Notes: generated by a model from the letters alone, not told the origin. Numbered from the stretch's first letter, positions 12,456-26,078 are shown. The stretch is 64,000 nt of DNA from Eledone cirrhosa (GCA_964016885.1 OZ024743.1:303242001-303306000); one strand, 5' to 3'. Translations and numbers: made by a program.

Positions 12456-14624
12456 CACTGGTCAACATCACATTTGGTGCATTGATACGGACACTTGATA
12501 TTACCTAATTATTATCAGTATTCAAGTATGAAGTTAGTTTTCCTCTGATAGCTCCAAATCTTTTGCAATTAAGCTTTCTTCATGTTTTCAGAAATCTGAA
12601 TGTTTTTTGTATGATGATGCAATCCATCTCAACATTTTATGGTGATATCATCTTCATAATAGGTGAAAAAAAAAATATTTGCATTGAGGGGTTCTAGATC
12701 TATTTATAAATACTTGTTAGTACACAACAATAAAAATTAGGCTATAAAAATAATATTTAATGTTTCAATAAATGTTACAATTTGCTCTTGTAGCTCACGC
12801 ATGTGTGGACTTTGCTAGGGCAATCTCGTTTAATGCTCCAATAGTAGTCTGCCATCATATTCTTGTCCCCTCTGCCTTTGTACCACTCTTCCAAGGTTCT
12901 GATGCCTTGATGGAAGCGGTCTCTATGCTCATAACTACCAGCCCCGAGATTCTAAGGAAATTGATCAAGGTGACTAGGCAGCAAAGGCAGTTTCATACTC
13001 ATTTTACTTCCAAGATTATGACAATGTTAGTTACAATAATGTCATAGTCTTCTGCTTTTCTGTTACCAAGGGCAATTTGTTTAACTGACACGAATGACAG
13101 CCATGCTGCCCTTTCCTTGTCATTCATATTTCCGATAAATTCCTCATTACACACAAAAGGCACATATCTGAGCGCCATCAAACACACCTGGTTTAATCTT
13201 CTTGTAGGACAAAGCAGGGAATGCAGAGACTATATGTTGAAAACATTCACTATCAGTATTCAATAATTTTGTGAACTGCTTCATGAAGCCCAGCTTGATA
13301 TGGAGTGGTAGGAATCTTATATCGACTGACGATTGGATCATTAACAATATTTGGCATGCCTACTTCCAGAGTTTCACAGATGCGCTACTCCTTCTGTATC
13401 CAGTGTTTCTCTTGAGATAGGCTGTCCCACATGCAAAGATAGCAAGGATATTTTGTGAAACGTTTATGTTGACCGAGGAGGAACGTGACCATTTCCAAGT
13501 CCACACAAATGATCCAGTTGTGTTCATAATATTTTAGTAGGTCAATAACCATTTGTATGTCATTATATTCTTCTCATAAATGCACTGAGTGACCAACTGG
13601 AACAGCTCCATAAACATTGCCATTGTGCAGGAGAACACACGTTAGAAATAGTTGCCATTCAGCTGGATTGTAAGATAGCCGGAGAAGTCTAATAGCCGGA
13701 GAAGACCTGGAATATTTTGGCAGAAAACAAAATGTTTCTCTTCTGAAAACACGACACAAAAATCTGGTCCCGCTTATGGAAATAGGAAACATTCGCAGTT
13801 TGGTTAAGTAGATGTTTTTCTTGCAGCCTGGATGCTGACACATCAGCTGCATTGTTGGAGAGCCCCAAACCCAGATCATGTACTAAATCATTTAGGTCTG
13901 GTTGGTTAAACTGCTGAGGAATTGACTCTGAGGTATAGGAGGGGTCTGTGAATTCTAAACTTATTCCTTCAATCTCATTATAATCATCATGATGTTGTTC
14001 ACTTCTTTCATCTTCGGATGAGATTAACCCATGAAAAGTTGGAATCGGGAGTGCACAATAAGTCTGATTACTGACAGAATATTAGGATAAAAGGTTTTAT
14101 GCCAGTTTTTCATGCCAATGCTCATTGTCTTGACCAGATCAAAATAACAGTCAGTTGTGTTCTCTCTGGGCTCACACCAAAGGAACTCCAAAAGACAGAA
14201 ATTTCCATTTTCGTGTTGTCTTATCATCACAGATATGACATACAATAGGAGGGGCCCATCTTTTGTCTTCGTTGCCAATGGGAATTCTAAAGTAGGCTCT
14301 ATAAGCTTGTCTCGCAAACAATGTTATATTATGCCATTGACGAAAAAGTGTGAAGGAGCTACAGACGTAGCGGAAGCCATCAGGATTATTCACACATCAA
14401 TGTCTGCTTGACGAAGCAATGATTAGATCTGAAACATGAACATAATTGTCAATTTTAAGTATGATATATCTCGACAGGTCAAAAAGGTATATCTCAAAAT
14501 TGCAAGAATAACCAGAGAATATAGAGCAAAACTAATTTCAAGTTTTAAATCAGAACAAAAAATTAAGCTAGAAACAGTGAAAATATCTCAAGAACCAGAA
14601 TATAGAAAAAAATTGTTCCCAGTG
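12456..14624 (-). mobile_element. Chapaev3-type (CMC) DNA transposon with decayed transposase
   Basis: Termini CACTGGTCAACA (12456) and TGTTCCCAGTG (14624), TAA duplicated on both sides, imperfect TIR homology over ~120 bp. Minus-strand fragments NNPDGFRYVC..AYRAYF..GNEDKRWAP.IVC, EPRENTTDCYF, LLHNGNVYGAVPVGHSVHL, PLHIKLGFMKQF, GVFDGAQI and RFHQ...MMADYYW match my recollection of this transposase family. Confidence 0.8.
12780..14400 (-). pseudogene. Frameshifted transposase of the Chapaev3-type element
   Basis: Conserved motifs are spread over ORFs 14172-14393, 14024-14317, 13574-13879, 13147-13347 and 12999-13187 with stops and frameshifts. Confidence 0.75.
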
Positions 14625-15639
14625 TAATCAATCAATGCTTAGATTAAAATATTAAATATAGTCAGAGCGGCAGATTTCTAGTATCAATTCGGAAATATGT
14701 TTCTTTCTTCCATTAGTCAATTCTGATATTATTATATTTAAGCAGATTGTAAGACTGGCAATTCTTCTATCATCTTATGCGGGTCCTTTAAAATTAGATT
14801 TTGATGACAGAAGATTCCTTCCTCTACATAAACAATTATGTGTTTAATCACTTCACGTACAGACCACAGACCTGTCCTTGGGTATGTGTAGTATTGCGTT
14901 GGTGTAATAATATCTATTGTATTAGGAGTACACTTCAAATGTTTACAGTTACTTATAGCGCTATTTTGAGTATGCTGAATATAAAATATACGTTTTGGTG
15001 TGTTTGGTATGTATCGTTATGCTATCATTTCCAGAGGACCTATTATTATAGAATTGTTCGTGTTTTCTTCACCCGAATTCTTGCTATTGCTATATCCCTA
15101 TCTAATAGGCTCAAGGCATCAAGACACATTAACGAAGTAATTGTTCATGAAGACCTTCGATACAAGTCAATCTGATTCGAAGAAGCCAAAGAGAGACGAT
15201 AACCATCAGATACACACAACACGCTTGCTGAGTAATTTGAAACATTAAGAAGCTAACCTTCTCTGATAGTTTGCTTTAAATCATAAGCAAACTATCAACA
15301 AAAGGAATGGCAGGTGCTTATGCTGCTGAGACTTGAAAGACGTTCCAGCGGTCATCTACATGCAGTTTTTGTCAATTGGGAAGGTTTTACGACGATGGAT
15401 ATGTCATATATACTCTCGTCTTTCCTGGAGAATTAAGTCTCAACGTTCCTATAAAATCGCCGTAGACCGTATTCATTTGCATTATGTCCAAAATATAGAA
15501 AAAGGGGATTTTCTGATTCCGGCATGCCAACGTTTCACACCATATATTGAAGAAGCCACCGATGTTGACGGTGGATTCATTACATAGATGTCTCAAAAAC
15601 AGTTTCAGATTTATTCATGCCAATCGGTTCTTAATTAAA

Positions 15640-18600
15640 TCTCTTTGTATATCCTATTCGTTATTTTTACTAAGAACTCCTGCAAACGTCTTCAAGTAAC
15701 TCAACAATCCCGTAGCTGGATAACTTCTCAATTTCCTTGATGGATATATTTTCCCCTATAGTGATACAGACCAATTAAAATAGATTTTTTTTATTTCTTT
15801 TCCTTAACGGCAGCATTCGTTCAGATGGGTTGTCTTTGATCTTTCTCTCGGTGTGCAGTGGCATATCTCAGGGTGTTGTTGATTTATCAATGTATAACTA
15901 ACGTTTCTAGTGTATTCCTGTGCAACTTGTCTTTTGTTGGTATTTCGTAGTCTCGGCATACAGTTCATTGAATGTAACTCCTGTCTGTGGATGTGTTTAT
16001 TTTTTGGCTACGATTGGACAATAAGAGACAATTCAATTAATTCTCATTTCCCTAGTACCACACAATCAGTAGGTATCAGCTATGTTCTGATTCAATGTAT
16101 TTATCTTGAGGTTATTGTGGTTCTGATGGAGAAGCTCTATGTCTCGGCCTTTATTCCACTGCATCATAACCAGCTTTGTGAAATGTCCTACACCACTTCT
16201 ACACTCTTCATCATTTTGCCAAAGAAATCTAGGGATCCGTTATGTTAGATTTTGACTTATTCATAGTTCCTTTTGCTGTTTATTCTCTATATTCGTTTTC
16301 TTCATAATAATCTGTCAATGAAGCTTCTCTTTTGAATTGGTTGTCATCCTTTAGAACAGAAAACAATTACTTGTTTTCTTCAGGTTTCGTGATTATTTGT
16401 ATTGAGTTTGTAGTCATGTCCTTGATTCATTATAATTGTATGTGTTCGTGCTAGGTAATATTTTTCCAGGATAATATTTTTCTACATGTTGGTTTATGTT
16501 AAATTCAGTCATTACTTTTTTTCTGTCAAGTCACTCTTGTTCTTGAGTGTCCAGTGCACAGTGTTAACACGCTAGATTTGTACTGAGCTCGATAGAGTAT
16601 TGATAGCTTTTAACTTATTCTTTGTAATTAATTTTGTGTTAAATAGTTATCGACTCCCTCCATACTGTTCCCTTCTAACTGTTTTTTTACATCGGTGTGT
16701 CTTGAACACAGGCTACTTCATTGATTTCTACGTACTTGTCTTTCTGTTACTTGAACGAATTATCGTACCCCAGGTTTTTTTTTATCTAGCACGGTATTCT
16801 AGTTCTTCCCTAAGTTTCCTCTCAGCAGGTGTGCCTTGGCACATTTTCGTAGTCCGGATGTCATCCATGCAATGTTTCAATTTGAGCCCACAGAAATGTT
16901 TCAATTTCCCACTATTCTGCAGCGTACAACATCATATACAGGTTATGGTAATTTTTTTCTTGCTATAGCATTTATAACCATGTTCTCTCATATTTAGTAT
17001 CACATATAATGCTGTCAATGATGAACAGAAAATTGTGTTCAAAGGGAGACTTCTTTAAATATCCATTTGTCTTGTGATGGGGTTTATTTTTGTCTCTCGA
17101 CTTTTATTTGTATATAGAGAACTGTTTTCATTGCTGTCTTTACTTTGTTTATGATTAGTGTGTTCAGCCTCAACGTATGGGGGTTAGTGTCAAAGGTCAA
17201 CATTTTCTTAATCAATCCTCGCAAAGCTGATATAGTTTTCGTCTTTCTGCAACCCTCTGTTATGGTTTGTTTATTAGTAATTAATCTTTAGCACCATATG
17301 GTCCTTTGTAGCATCCTCTCACCTATATTTGAATGAGTTGTCATCTATGTGTTTACTAAGTTTCGGCGATATAATTGCAGTTAAGTTTTGTAGGTGGTAG
17401 TAATGCATTCTATGGGTCTGTATTAATGTGGTTTTATGATATCCTTGTTCTTGGGGATCAGGGTACTTTTTCCCTTAGAGAACCAGTCGGGTGTCACATT
17501 TGATTACATCAGCATCTCATTAAACTTTCATCTAAGTACACCATATGTCTTTTGTTAGGTAATTCAACCTGAAGGTTGGCATTCCCCCGTTACTACACCT
17601 AACTTGTTCTAGTTATAGTGAGTTAGGCCCATATTTTATTGTAATGTATTCCCATATTTGTTCCCGGTTGTTTATTGTTATTAATATTCTTTCCCCACAA
17701 TCCACCGCATATCTCGTTCACTTCTTTTAGTTTTATGGCTTCATTCACCTTTATTTTGCCAATACTAAGCTCCTGATAGAATCGTTATCAGTTGGGGTGA
17801 GCTTGCAAGTTTTGTAAAAAAATACTTTTGGTGTTCTGCATAATTCATATTGTTAATCCCTTTGCAAAGTATTTGTTGTTTCAGCAATCTTTAATTTCAG
17901 TTAATTCCGTTTTCTGATATATTATTTCTTTAGTATTGTTTGTAGGATTGAGAGGTGTTTATGTTTACTTCATGACATGTATTTTGTGATTTCCATGTGT
18001 GCGTGGATGTTGCTATTCTTATTTGTGTAGTTTAAAGGGGGACCCAACTTCTTCTGTGACAATATTCTGCATATATTATGTTATTTAGCCATGTTATACT
18101 GATGATTATGCATGTGTTAATTAAATCTATAGTGGCCAAATAGAGCGTTTCATGTTCGTTCTTATTTCACCATTGAGACTTTGTCTTTCGAATGCGCAAT
18201 ATCTTTTAATAGACGGGTTTATTGTTTGGTGTTCTTGGATTATTTCCATGTTTAACCGAACGCAGTTCTACATTTCGTCTTCAGGGTTAATTTAACCAGG
18301 AGCTTCCACCTCTTATTTAATTTTATTTGTATTCCTAGTTGTGTTGTCTTGAAATGCTTTTTATTAGTCAGTATTATTTAAGTCTTTTTTAGATTGAGGT
18401 TCGTTCCATTAACCTACACCTTGCTCCTATTATTTAAGACTGAGGTTAGTTGCAATTTGTTGTTTAGTGTATCTGTTTTGGATATGTTGCTTCTATATAC
18501 TATTGAATCTTTTTGAAATATTTATGTGCTCGATGGTTGTTTCTGTTAATTATTTGTCACTTCGTAATGTTTTCTACTTTTAGAGGCTCTATTTCTACTA

Positions 18601-18900
18601 CCGTCTGTCTCATTTATTTTTTATTGTATATCGCCCGAGATTCCCTGTTTGTTGAGATTGGAGAGATAGATATTTTTCTCCTAGATGTTATATGTGTAAG
18701 TATACTGTTGTAATTTCATGTTAGAGTCTAGTTTTGTAGGGAAATATGCATATCGAATAGAAACATATTTATCTCCTTTTATATTGTCCATTTATATTGT
18801 TTCAATTTAGTTTGTGGCACAGGAAGTATAATGTGGGCTTGTATATAGAACATCGACATTTTTTTCATTCTTTCTCTGTTTTTACGTTTTTGTAGCCATG
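15640..18900 (-). mobile_element. Highly decayed R4/Dong-clade (RT + RLE) non-LTR retrotransposon
   Basis: Minus-strand translation gives TPDWFSKGKSTLIPKNKD..YRPIECITTTYKNLTAII (~17370-17495), GCYKGPYGAKD*LLINK (~17270-17315), SQSWL*CSGIKAET (~16150) and an RLE-like DMPLHTERKIKDNP (~15830-15870). Boundaries are approximate. Confidence 0.65.
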
Positions 18901-19418
18901 GATTTCCGTTTTTTTTTCATCAATTCAAAAGGGGTATTTTACAGAATTTTACGGTGTTGAGTTATTTTATTCCTATAGTGATTTTCCCGAGTATTTCGGT
19001 AATAGTTATTTTCTTTTCATCCATCTTTCGTAAAATACATGTTTTCGAATATGAAGACTTGCAATATAGCAGCTCTCACTAAATGGTATGCGTGTTAAGA
19101 ATATGAATCGGCTTTCGTTGTTTTTCCATCTTGATTTAATGGCTTAATCGTTCTTAACCTCCCACGTCGTTTTGTAGTTGTTTTCAGCTAGTTGAATATT
19201 TCAGTAGCGTTTTTAATACCAACGGTGTAATTAATATGATAGCAGCAAGCCATACCTAAAATGTATTTATGGTACGAATTGTTGGTCGTCGTCTAGGATA
19301 TTTTCTTCGGTTTTTAGTTAAATTCACTTCTCTTTTGGCGAATGTAATGGAAATAATTGACTTCTTGAGGGCAGCTTCGATTCAGGCGTCCATGATTTTA
19401 TACAACAGGCATATATTC

Positions 19419-19420
<2 letters not shown>

Positions 19421-19468
<48 letters not shown>

Positions 19469-19492
19469 TTTTTCTTCTTCTTCTTCTTCTTC

Positions 19493-19578
<86 letters not shown>
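19421..19578. repeat. Compound (TTC)n-(TTA)n microsatellite
   Basis: Directly visible. Confidence 0.95.
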
Positions 19579-19796
19579 GGCGACCTACGTAGTAAATCGT
19601 ATCATCGTGAGATCCGCAAAGGTTTGTTATTTTCAGTTGTTTAAAATTGCCTTTATTGGAAAATGTTTTATTGTTAAGTGTATATAAGTACACGTACATT
19701 GTTTTCTGAAAAGGACACTCAAAAAGATTGGGGCCTTGCGCCCAAAATTTGAACTTTTATAATTATAAAAAAAATAAATAAATTCTTTGAAAGATC

Positions 19797-21828
19797 ATGG
19801 CCGACTCACAGCTGAACCCAGTAGCTGAGAGCCTTCCTCACAAACTAACACCTCACACCGACACCACCATTGTAAATATTACTACGGTTGCCAACACTAA
19901 AAATATAAGCAGTAGAAATAATTTAAATTTGTCTCAGGCAGACATTCATTTCCCGCCATTACCAATGACTGCAGGCGTTGAAGCCGCCAGCCCCACCACC
20001 ACCACAGCGACAACAAAAACAATAAAAAAAAAATTATCTCGTGATATCGAAACGAATTCAGCCAAAATGAACTCTTCCACACCAAACACCACTGACGCCA
20101 CCACCACCACAACTGAAACTAAGATTAACAATAACAAACATAACGATAACAACAACAGCAACAATGAGAATAAGAAAACCCTGTCTTTTGCCAGAAGAGC
20201 AAAAGAGTGCGAAGCATTCCAGGTAACACAGGAGGAATTAGAAGAAGCCAAACAAATGGTATAGAAAGATGGGTATAGGGTCAGCCTCACCCCACCCCCT
20301 CCCTCCACACATAATAAAATGGAGCATCGGCGCCTATCCACCGTGTCTAATCGGACGATTAACATAAAATCGCGCCGAGTGGAACGGGCATCCGAGTGCC
20401 AAATCCAAAAAGCTTTGGGACATGTGTGGGCAAAAGAAACCCACATCAGATGTGGGCAGAAATATGTAACCGTGGACGTGTTCTTTGAAACATCACATGA
20501 GGGCAGAGAGAACTCTATGTCCCCATTAAGAAGTGACGACTTCACACTCGTCCCATGCTATTGTGGCCACAGACTCGTGAAGATCAGCGTGACCCACGTA
20601 CCACCGGCCATCGAAATTCCCTGACTAATTGCTGCCGTCCTCGCCGGTATCGAAGCCAACACCAAGATATCGAAATAGCGAAAGAAAAGCAGGAGAACTG
20701 GTCCGGATCTGGCATGGAGCTACTGATCCAAGCGGACAAAAAAGCATTGAGGAGATCCCAGAGGTAATAGACCTTACTGACGGCAGCCACCTCACAGTAA
20801 TCGTCGAGGGCAGAAGAACTAGGTGTGTAGCTTGTGGTGAAGGAACCCACCTAAGGGCTTTCTGCCCTCAGGCTAAAATGTTGAGGCCACCTCTCTTACC
20901 CACACCAGTGACTCAACCATCAACACCACCAGCAGCAGAAATGGCAGCAACAACTGTAGCAGCAACAACAGAAGGAACTGGAACAGCAACAACCCCAGCA
21001 ACAGTAGCAAAACCACCACCCTCACCACCCAACGCGCCAGAACTAGCACCAGCGCCTACACCATCCACCACGTCACAACCAAAACCAACGCCTGTGGAGG
21101 ATTTTTCACTCCCCGGCCCATCACAAATTTAGACAGATTGTGACGACGAGCATCACAAACCCCATCACAACAAATACCAACACCATCACCATCATTAACC
21201 CCAACACCACCATCACCAACACCACAAAAGTCACCAAAAAGCGAAACAGAAACAAACCCACAACAAACACAAACACAACAAAACAACTAAAACGATACAC
21301 ACTACACAGCATTACATTTGAACAACAAGGGCGGTGGATTGGCAGTATCGGTAGAGGGTCGGACGCCATGCATTCCAGCATAGTTACGTCCCTTTATGAT
21401 CTGAGTTCAAATCCCGCCGAGGTTGACTTTGCCTTTCATCCTCACGGGGTCGATAAAATAAAGTACCAGTAATGCACTGGGTAATTGCTGGCCTTGTGCC
21501 TAAAGTAGAAACAATTAAATTTGAACAACAACCAATTATTACACTACATCCAACACAACACCAGCATCACAGAAAAAGACTACACAACAACCCAAAAGTT
21601 CACACCTATCCACACATACAAATCACTCGCATCACACAGAAAATGAACACGACACTAAAACAAAAATTCTCCAAAGACATCGGAGACTACCGAAAAACAC
21701 TCTCCAGGAGGATTTATAAGGACATCCTTCTGGAGGAGGCCATAAGCAGTGAAAAGGATGGAGTAACCATCCCTCCTCTACGAGAAGTAAGGCAAGTGGT
21801 ATTTCCATTCTTTCCACTCCAATTCAAC
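19797..21828 (+). pseudogene. Tx1 ORF1 (gag-like, CCHC knuckle), disrupted and interrupted by a SINE
   Basis: ATG at 19797; RCVACGEGTHLRAFCP (C-X2-C-X4-H-X4-C) at ~20821-20868; Pro/Thr-rich tail; several stops and frameshifts. Confidence 0.75.
21329..21513 (+). mobile_element. tRNA-derived SINE family 1 (Meta/MESC-like core), full length, nested in Tx1 ORF1
   Basis: A-box-like TGGCAGTATCGG, B box GAGTTCAAATCCC, core GCCTTTCATCC..GGGGTCGATAAAATAAAGTACCAG; 18-bp TSD ATTA(C/A)ATTTGAACAACAA at 21311-21328 and 21514-21531. The core-domain name is from recollection. Confidence 0.85.
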
Positions 21829-24800
21829 ATGACCTCACTCAGAATAGGCAGCATAAATGCGCGTTGCTTGGGTTCGTCATGGAAGCAGGGCCACCTGCTC
21901 AACAACATCAGGTCACTAAATATAGATGTAATGGCCATTAGCGTGACCAGAATCTCCGAAGCACGGACCTTCGCACCGATCTTCGGCGGCTACGATGTGT
22001 ACGCATCTCCCAGCCGTCCTGGATCGGGGGGAGGAGTTGCTGTGCTTTTTCGGAGAGGTTAGGTCTCGCCATACGGGCCATCTTCCTGGACCCAGAAGGT
22101 AAGTTGGTAATGCTGGATGTGACCAGCGGAGACGGGCAAGCTTTCAGGCTAGTGGCCGTTTATGCCCCGACAGGAGCAGGGCGGCCTGATTTCTTCCGGC
22201 CTCTGGAGACCTTTCTTGGAACGTCCCGCTCTTTAGTGTTAGTGGCCGACTGGAACGGGATATTTGATGCACGCTGGGACTGTGAGGAATTAGCGGATAG
22301 GGGAGGAGGGGTGCAAGAGCCTCACCAACCTGCTTAGGCATTTTGAACTGTCTGACAAGTACCGATTGGGTTTCCCGAATGTGCCAATGTGGACTTGGAC
22401 AAACCGCATAGGGTCATCCAGATCATATATAGATAGAGTATTTTGTACGGAAATATATATGTCTAGCATAGGCAGTCCAAAATTCAAGATAGTCAGGTAC
22501 ACGGACCGAATTCGTGATCTGTGTTCTTGTCTTAGATAGCCTTTATAGACGAGGACCCGGCTACTGGAAGCTAAACGCGTCCTTACCAGCGCGCAAGGCC
22601 TACAGAGACCGGATTAGCGAACTAGTTAAGCGGGCGTTGACGGGGGCCATCGTCAACAACAAGTGGTGGTTTGCTCTGAAAAGAGCGATTAGAATAGAAT
22701 CCATTAGGTTTAGTAAGGCTTTAGCAATAGAGCAAAATAGAGCAAAGGGAGAACTAGTTAGAAAATTAGACGAGGCGCTTAGCAAAGTCATCGCGACCGA
22801 CGTACTTGCGGCGAAATTGGCCCTTGACCAATTCTTCAATGCAAAGCACGAAGGCTGCGTTGTCAGAGCTAGGGTGCGTGCTCTCAGACACGAGCGGACG
22901 AAAGTTGTTTAATGGGTCCGATAGGCGGAGACGCGTCGTGGCAACAAAGCCACGATCCGGTATTTGGTGGACCACGACGCATGCTACTCGATCCCGGGCA
23001 AATGTGTGCAGCTTTTCAGCGACACTTAACTCAGCTGTTCGGGGGCAGCGGCGGGCCGAGTCTAGGGATGGACTTTAGTGTCTACTTCGACGGACTGCCG
23101 CGGCTCTCGGCCACTGAGGAGGAGTGTTGCGAAAAGCCGATAACAGCCGCTGAAGTACGCGAGGCAATGACTGGCTACACAAGGGGTAAATAGCCTGGTT
23201 TGGACGTTCTGCCCTATGAACTTTACGTACAGATGCCAGACTTGGCGGACGTCTACTGCAACTGGCAAGAGAACTGGAGAATTCCCAGCTCTGTGAGCCG
23301 AGGAGCGGTGGCGCTGCTTAGAAAGGATCTGAACAAGGGGTTAACATAGATAATTTCAGGCCCATAACTCTGCTAAACACTGAGTTCAAGATTTTGGCCA
23401 ATGTGCTAGCAAAGAGGTTGGCGCTTGTCGTTGGTGGTCGCCATTCCCGACAGATCCATCCGCGACAACTTCCACTTCATGCGATACATCGTAGAGAGGG
23501 TAGTTTAGGGAACCTGACACGGGTGGGTCCTTGATCAATTTAGATCAGTCGAAAGCTTTCGATAGGGTCGACCATCGTTACCTAGCGGCAGTCCTGAAGG
23601 CGGCTGGCTTTGGCCCGTCTTCAGATGCTGGATCGTTGTCATGCACAGCGATATCTGCTCTGTGGTGGGAGTAAACGGTCACCTTTAAGAACAGTTCAAC
23701 ATCATGCGCTCTGTCCGCCAAGGAAGTCTCCTCTCGTCCCTCTTGAACCTATTGACTCTCGAGCCATTACTGCACAAACCGGAGGCGTTGAAGGACGTCC
23801 CGTGCGAACTAGGATGCGGAAGATCCGTGTCAGCATAAGCGCACGACGTCACTATAGTGGTGTCGAACGCCAAACACATCGAGGCGATCGGCACTACACT
23901 AAGAGAATACGAAGCGGTGACAGGAGCAATGATCAACAATGAAAAGTCAGTGGGCCTGCAGCTCGGCACCTGAAGAGGTAGGTCCATGCCGTCCAACAGC
24001 GTCCTCGGGCGCTGCAGGACGGACCGGTTAAATTGCTAGGGGTCTGGTTCGGTCCGGACCTCCAGACGGACAAAAACTGGGACGAGGTGACGAGCAGGGT
24101 GGCTTTTCTCACCCAGAAATGGGCGGAGAGGAAGCTATCCCTGAAAGGTTGAGCGGAGGTGGCTAACGCGTACATCGCGTCCGTCATCTACTACCGCCTG
24201 ACCGTTGTACCTTGTCGTAAGCCCAGCCTGACTGCGCTGGAGTGTTTGCTCTTTCGCTTTTTGTGGAAGGGACGCGCTCCGATGGTCAGGCGGTCCATAT
24301 TTTTTCAACACCCGCTACGTGGAGGGCTGGGCATACCGTGGCTGATGATGCGCAGACACGCGCTCAGGCTACGACATCTCCACCTCTTTCTCGACGGTGA
24401 TCAGGTGTTGTCGCCGTTTGCTAGACGCCTCTTTCCTCAGCTCGTTTCCTTGACGGAGCTGCAGTCCTGGGTCAAGCGAAGACCGAGAGCGAGCGCTTGG
24501 AGACTGGAATGTTTTCAGGCGCTCACAGCCCTCGACCAATCGGGCAATGTGATCGGTGGAAACTCCAACTCGGCGTTCTATAGAGGATTAGTGGAGGGGA
24601 AGAGCGACGACGTACTTGGAGAAAATCTAGGCGTCGAAGAAAATCAACTAGTCAATCTCTTCGGAAGAACTTTCGGGCTGGGGCCTATGGACAACTTCCA
24701 GAAATCCCTGGCATGGCAGTGCTACCGCGGAGCCTTGCCAGTCCGGGATAAAATCTACAGGCATGGAAGTGCCGTAAGCTGGGCTTGTCCGAGATGCGCG

Positions 24801-25202
24801 GAGGGCGACGAAACCGACCTGCACGCACTCGTCCAGTGTCCGAGAATTGCTGACTTGTGGGTTTATGTTGAACACTTGCTGACGAGTGTAGGACGGATCC
24901 GGCTATCAGCTGAGTCCATCTTGAGGATTGCCCGGCCCTCTTCCTTTAGCCGAGAAGGGCAGGCAGTTTTTATCTATCTGGTGGCCATGGCGAAAGAGAT
25001 AGTATGGTGGACACGTTTGAAAGGGCTAAAGACCAGCACTTACCTCTTCGGTGATGCCCTGATTAACTTTTTCAAATTTCATTTGAAAAGGAAATTCATG
25101 GTAGAAAGGGAAGTGCTCTGTTCCCAGCATTTTGTTGAAAGATAGGTGAGAGAAGCAAGAATAGCCCGAGTGAATCGGCCTACCCTGAGTATGTGTCTGT
25201 AA
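21829..25202 (+). pseudogene. Tx1 ORF2 (APE endonuclease - reverse transcriptase - zinc finger), disrupted
   Basis: MTSLRIGSINARCL, GGGVAVLF, LVAVYAP, SYIDRVF, NFRPITLLN, LDQSKAFDRVDH, VRQG, decayed YADD (SA*AHDV at ~23830), CPRCAEGDETDLHALVQCP; multiple stops and frameshifts. Confidence 0.9.
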
Positions 25203-25445
25203 ATTAAAGGTGGAAAACTGGGAGAGGGCACTTGCCCTGGTGGTCAGGGTCACTGTGGCCTTTTAATGGGCTTTCTCCACAAATGTCCCTTCGAAGTCTC
25301 CCCCCTATTGGGGAATGTTTCATTGTTATCTTTTATTACATCCTCTGTTTTTTTTTACACGCAGAAATGCCCATTTGTACCGTCCTGTATTGTCCTGTAC
25401 TGTCCTTAATGTCTACTTTATGTAAACCCTTGTGGTTAATAAAGA

Positions 25446-25485
<40 letters not shown>

Positions 25486-25636
25486 TGTAACCGACTTGTT
25501 TATTTTAGCTCGAGGACGTGGTTAATATTTACCTTGTATTGCAAATTGTACCCTTTAATTTCTCATCAAAAAAGTTGATTAAAGTGTCAGAGTTGACCCT
25601 CAAGTTGACACAGAGTTGATACATATGTTAATGTAA

Positions 25637-25704
25637 TTCTTCTTCTTCTTCTTCTTCTTCTTCTTCTTCTTCTTCTTCTTCTTCTTCTTCTTCTTCTTCT
25701 TCTT
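25637..25704. repeat. (TTC)n microsatellite
   Basis: Directly visible. Confidence 0.95.
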
Positions 25705-25706
25705 TA

Positions 25707-25800
25707 GAGTTCAAATCCCACCGAGGTTAGCTTTGCCTTTCATACTTACTGGGGCCGATTTAAAAAATGCTGGCCTTGTGCCTATAATAGAAATCATAAT
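25707..25800 (+). mobile_element. SINE family 1, 5'-truncated and internally deleted copy
   Basis: GAGTTCAAATCCCACCGAGGTT..CTTTGCCTTTCAT..GCTGGCCTTGTGCCTA matches 21329-21513. Confidence 0.75.
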
Positions 25801-25808
25801 TATTAAGG

Positions 25809-25984
25809 AGTATCGGTAGAGGGTCGGACGCCATGCTTTCCAGCATAGTTATGTCCCTTTACGATCTGAGTTTAAATCCCGCCGAGGTTGACTTTGCGTT
25901 TCCTCCTTACCGGGTCGATAAAATAAAGTACCAGTAATGCACTGGGTATTTGCTGGCCTTGTGCCTAAAGTAGAAACAATTATT
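25809..25984 (+). mobile_element. SINE family 1, near full-length copy
   Basis: Highly similar to 21344-21513 throughout. Confidence 0.85.
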
Positions 25985-26078
25985 AGTAAGGATCCTCCAA
26001 GTGAAAGCCTCACATAACATTGGCTCCAGTATTTAGATGGCATTTTTTCTTCTTTCTTACTCTAATCTGTTACTTAAG

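Larger units (their letters stand above)
19579..25485 (+). mobile_element. Near full-length Tx1-clade (L1 group) non-LTR retrotransposon flanked by (TTA)n
   Basis: ORF1 with zinc knuckle; ORF2 with APE, GPGYWKLNASL, RT and a C-terminal CxxC..H..C finger. The 3' UTR ends TTAATAAAGAAAG + (TAT)n at 25449-25485; (TTA)n lies at the 5' flank. Confidence 0.9.
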
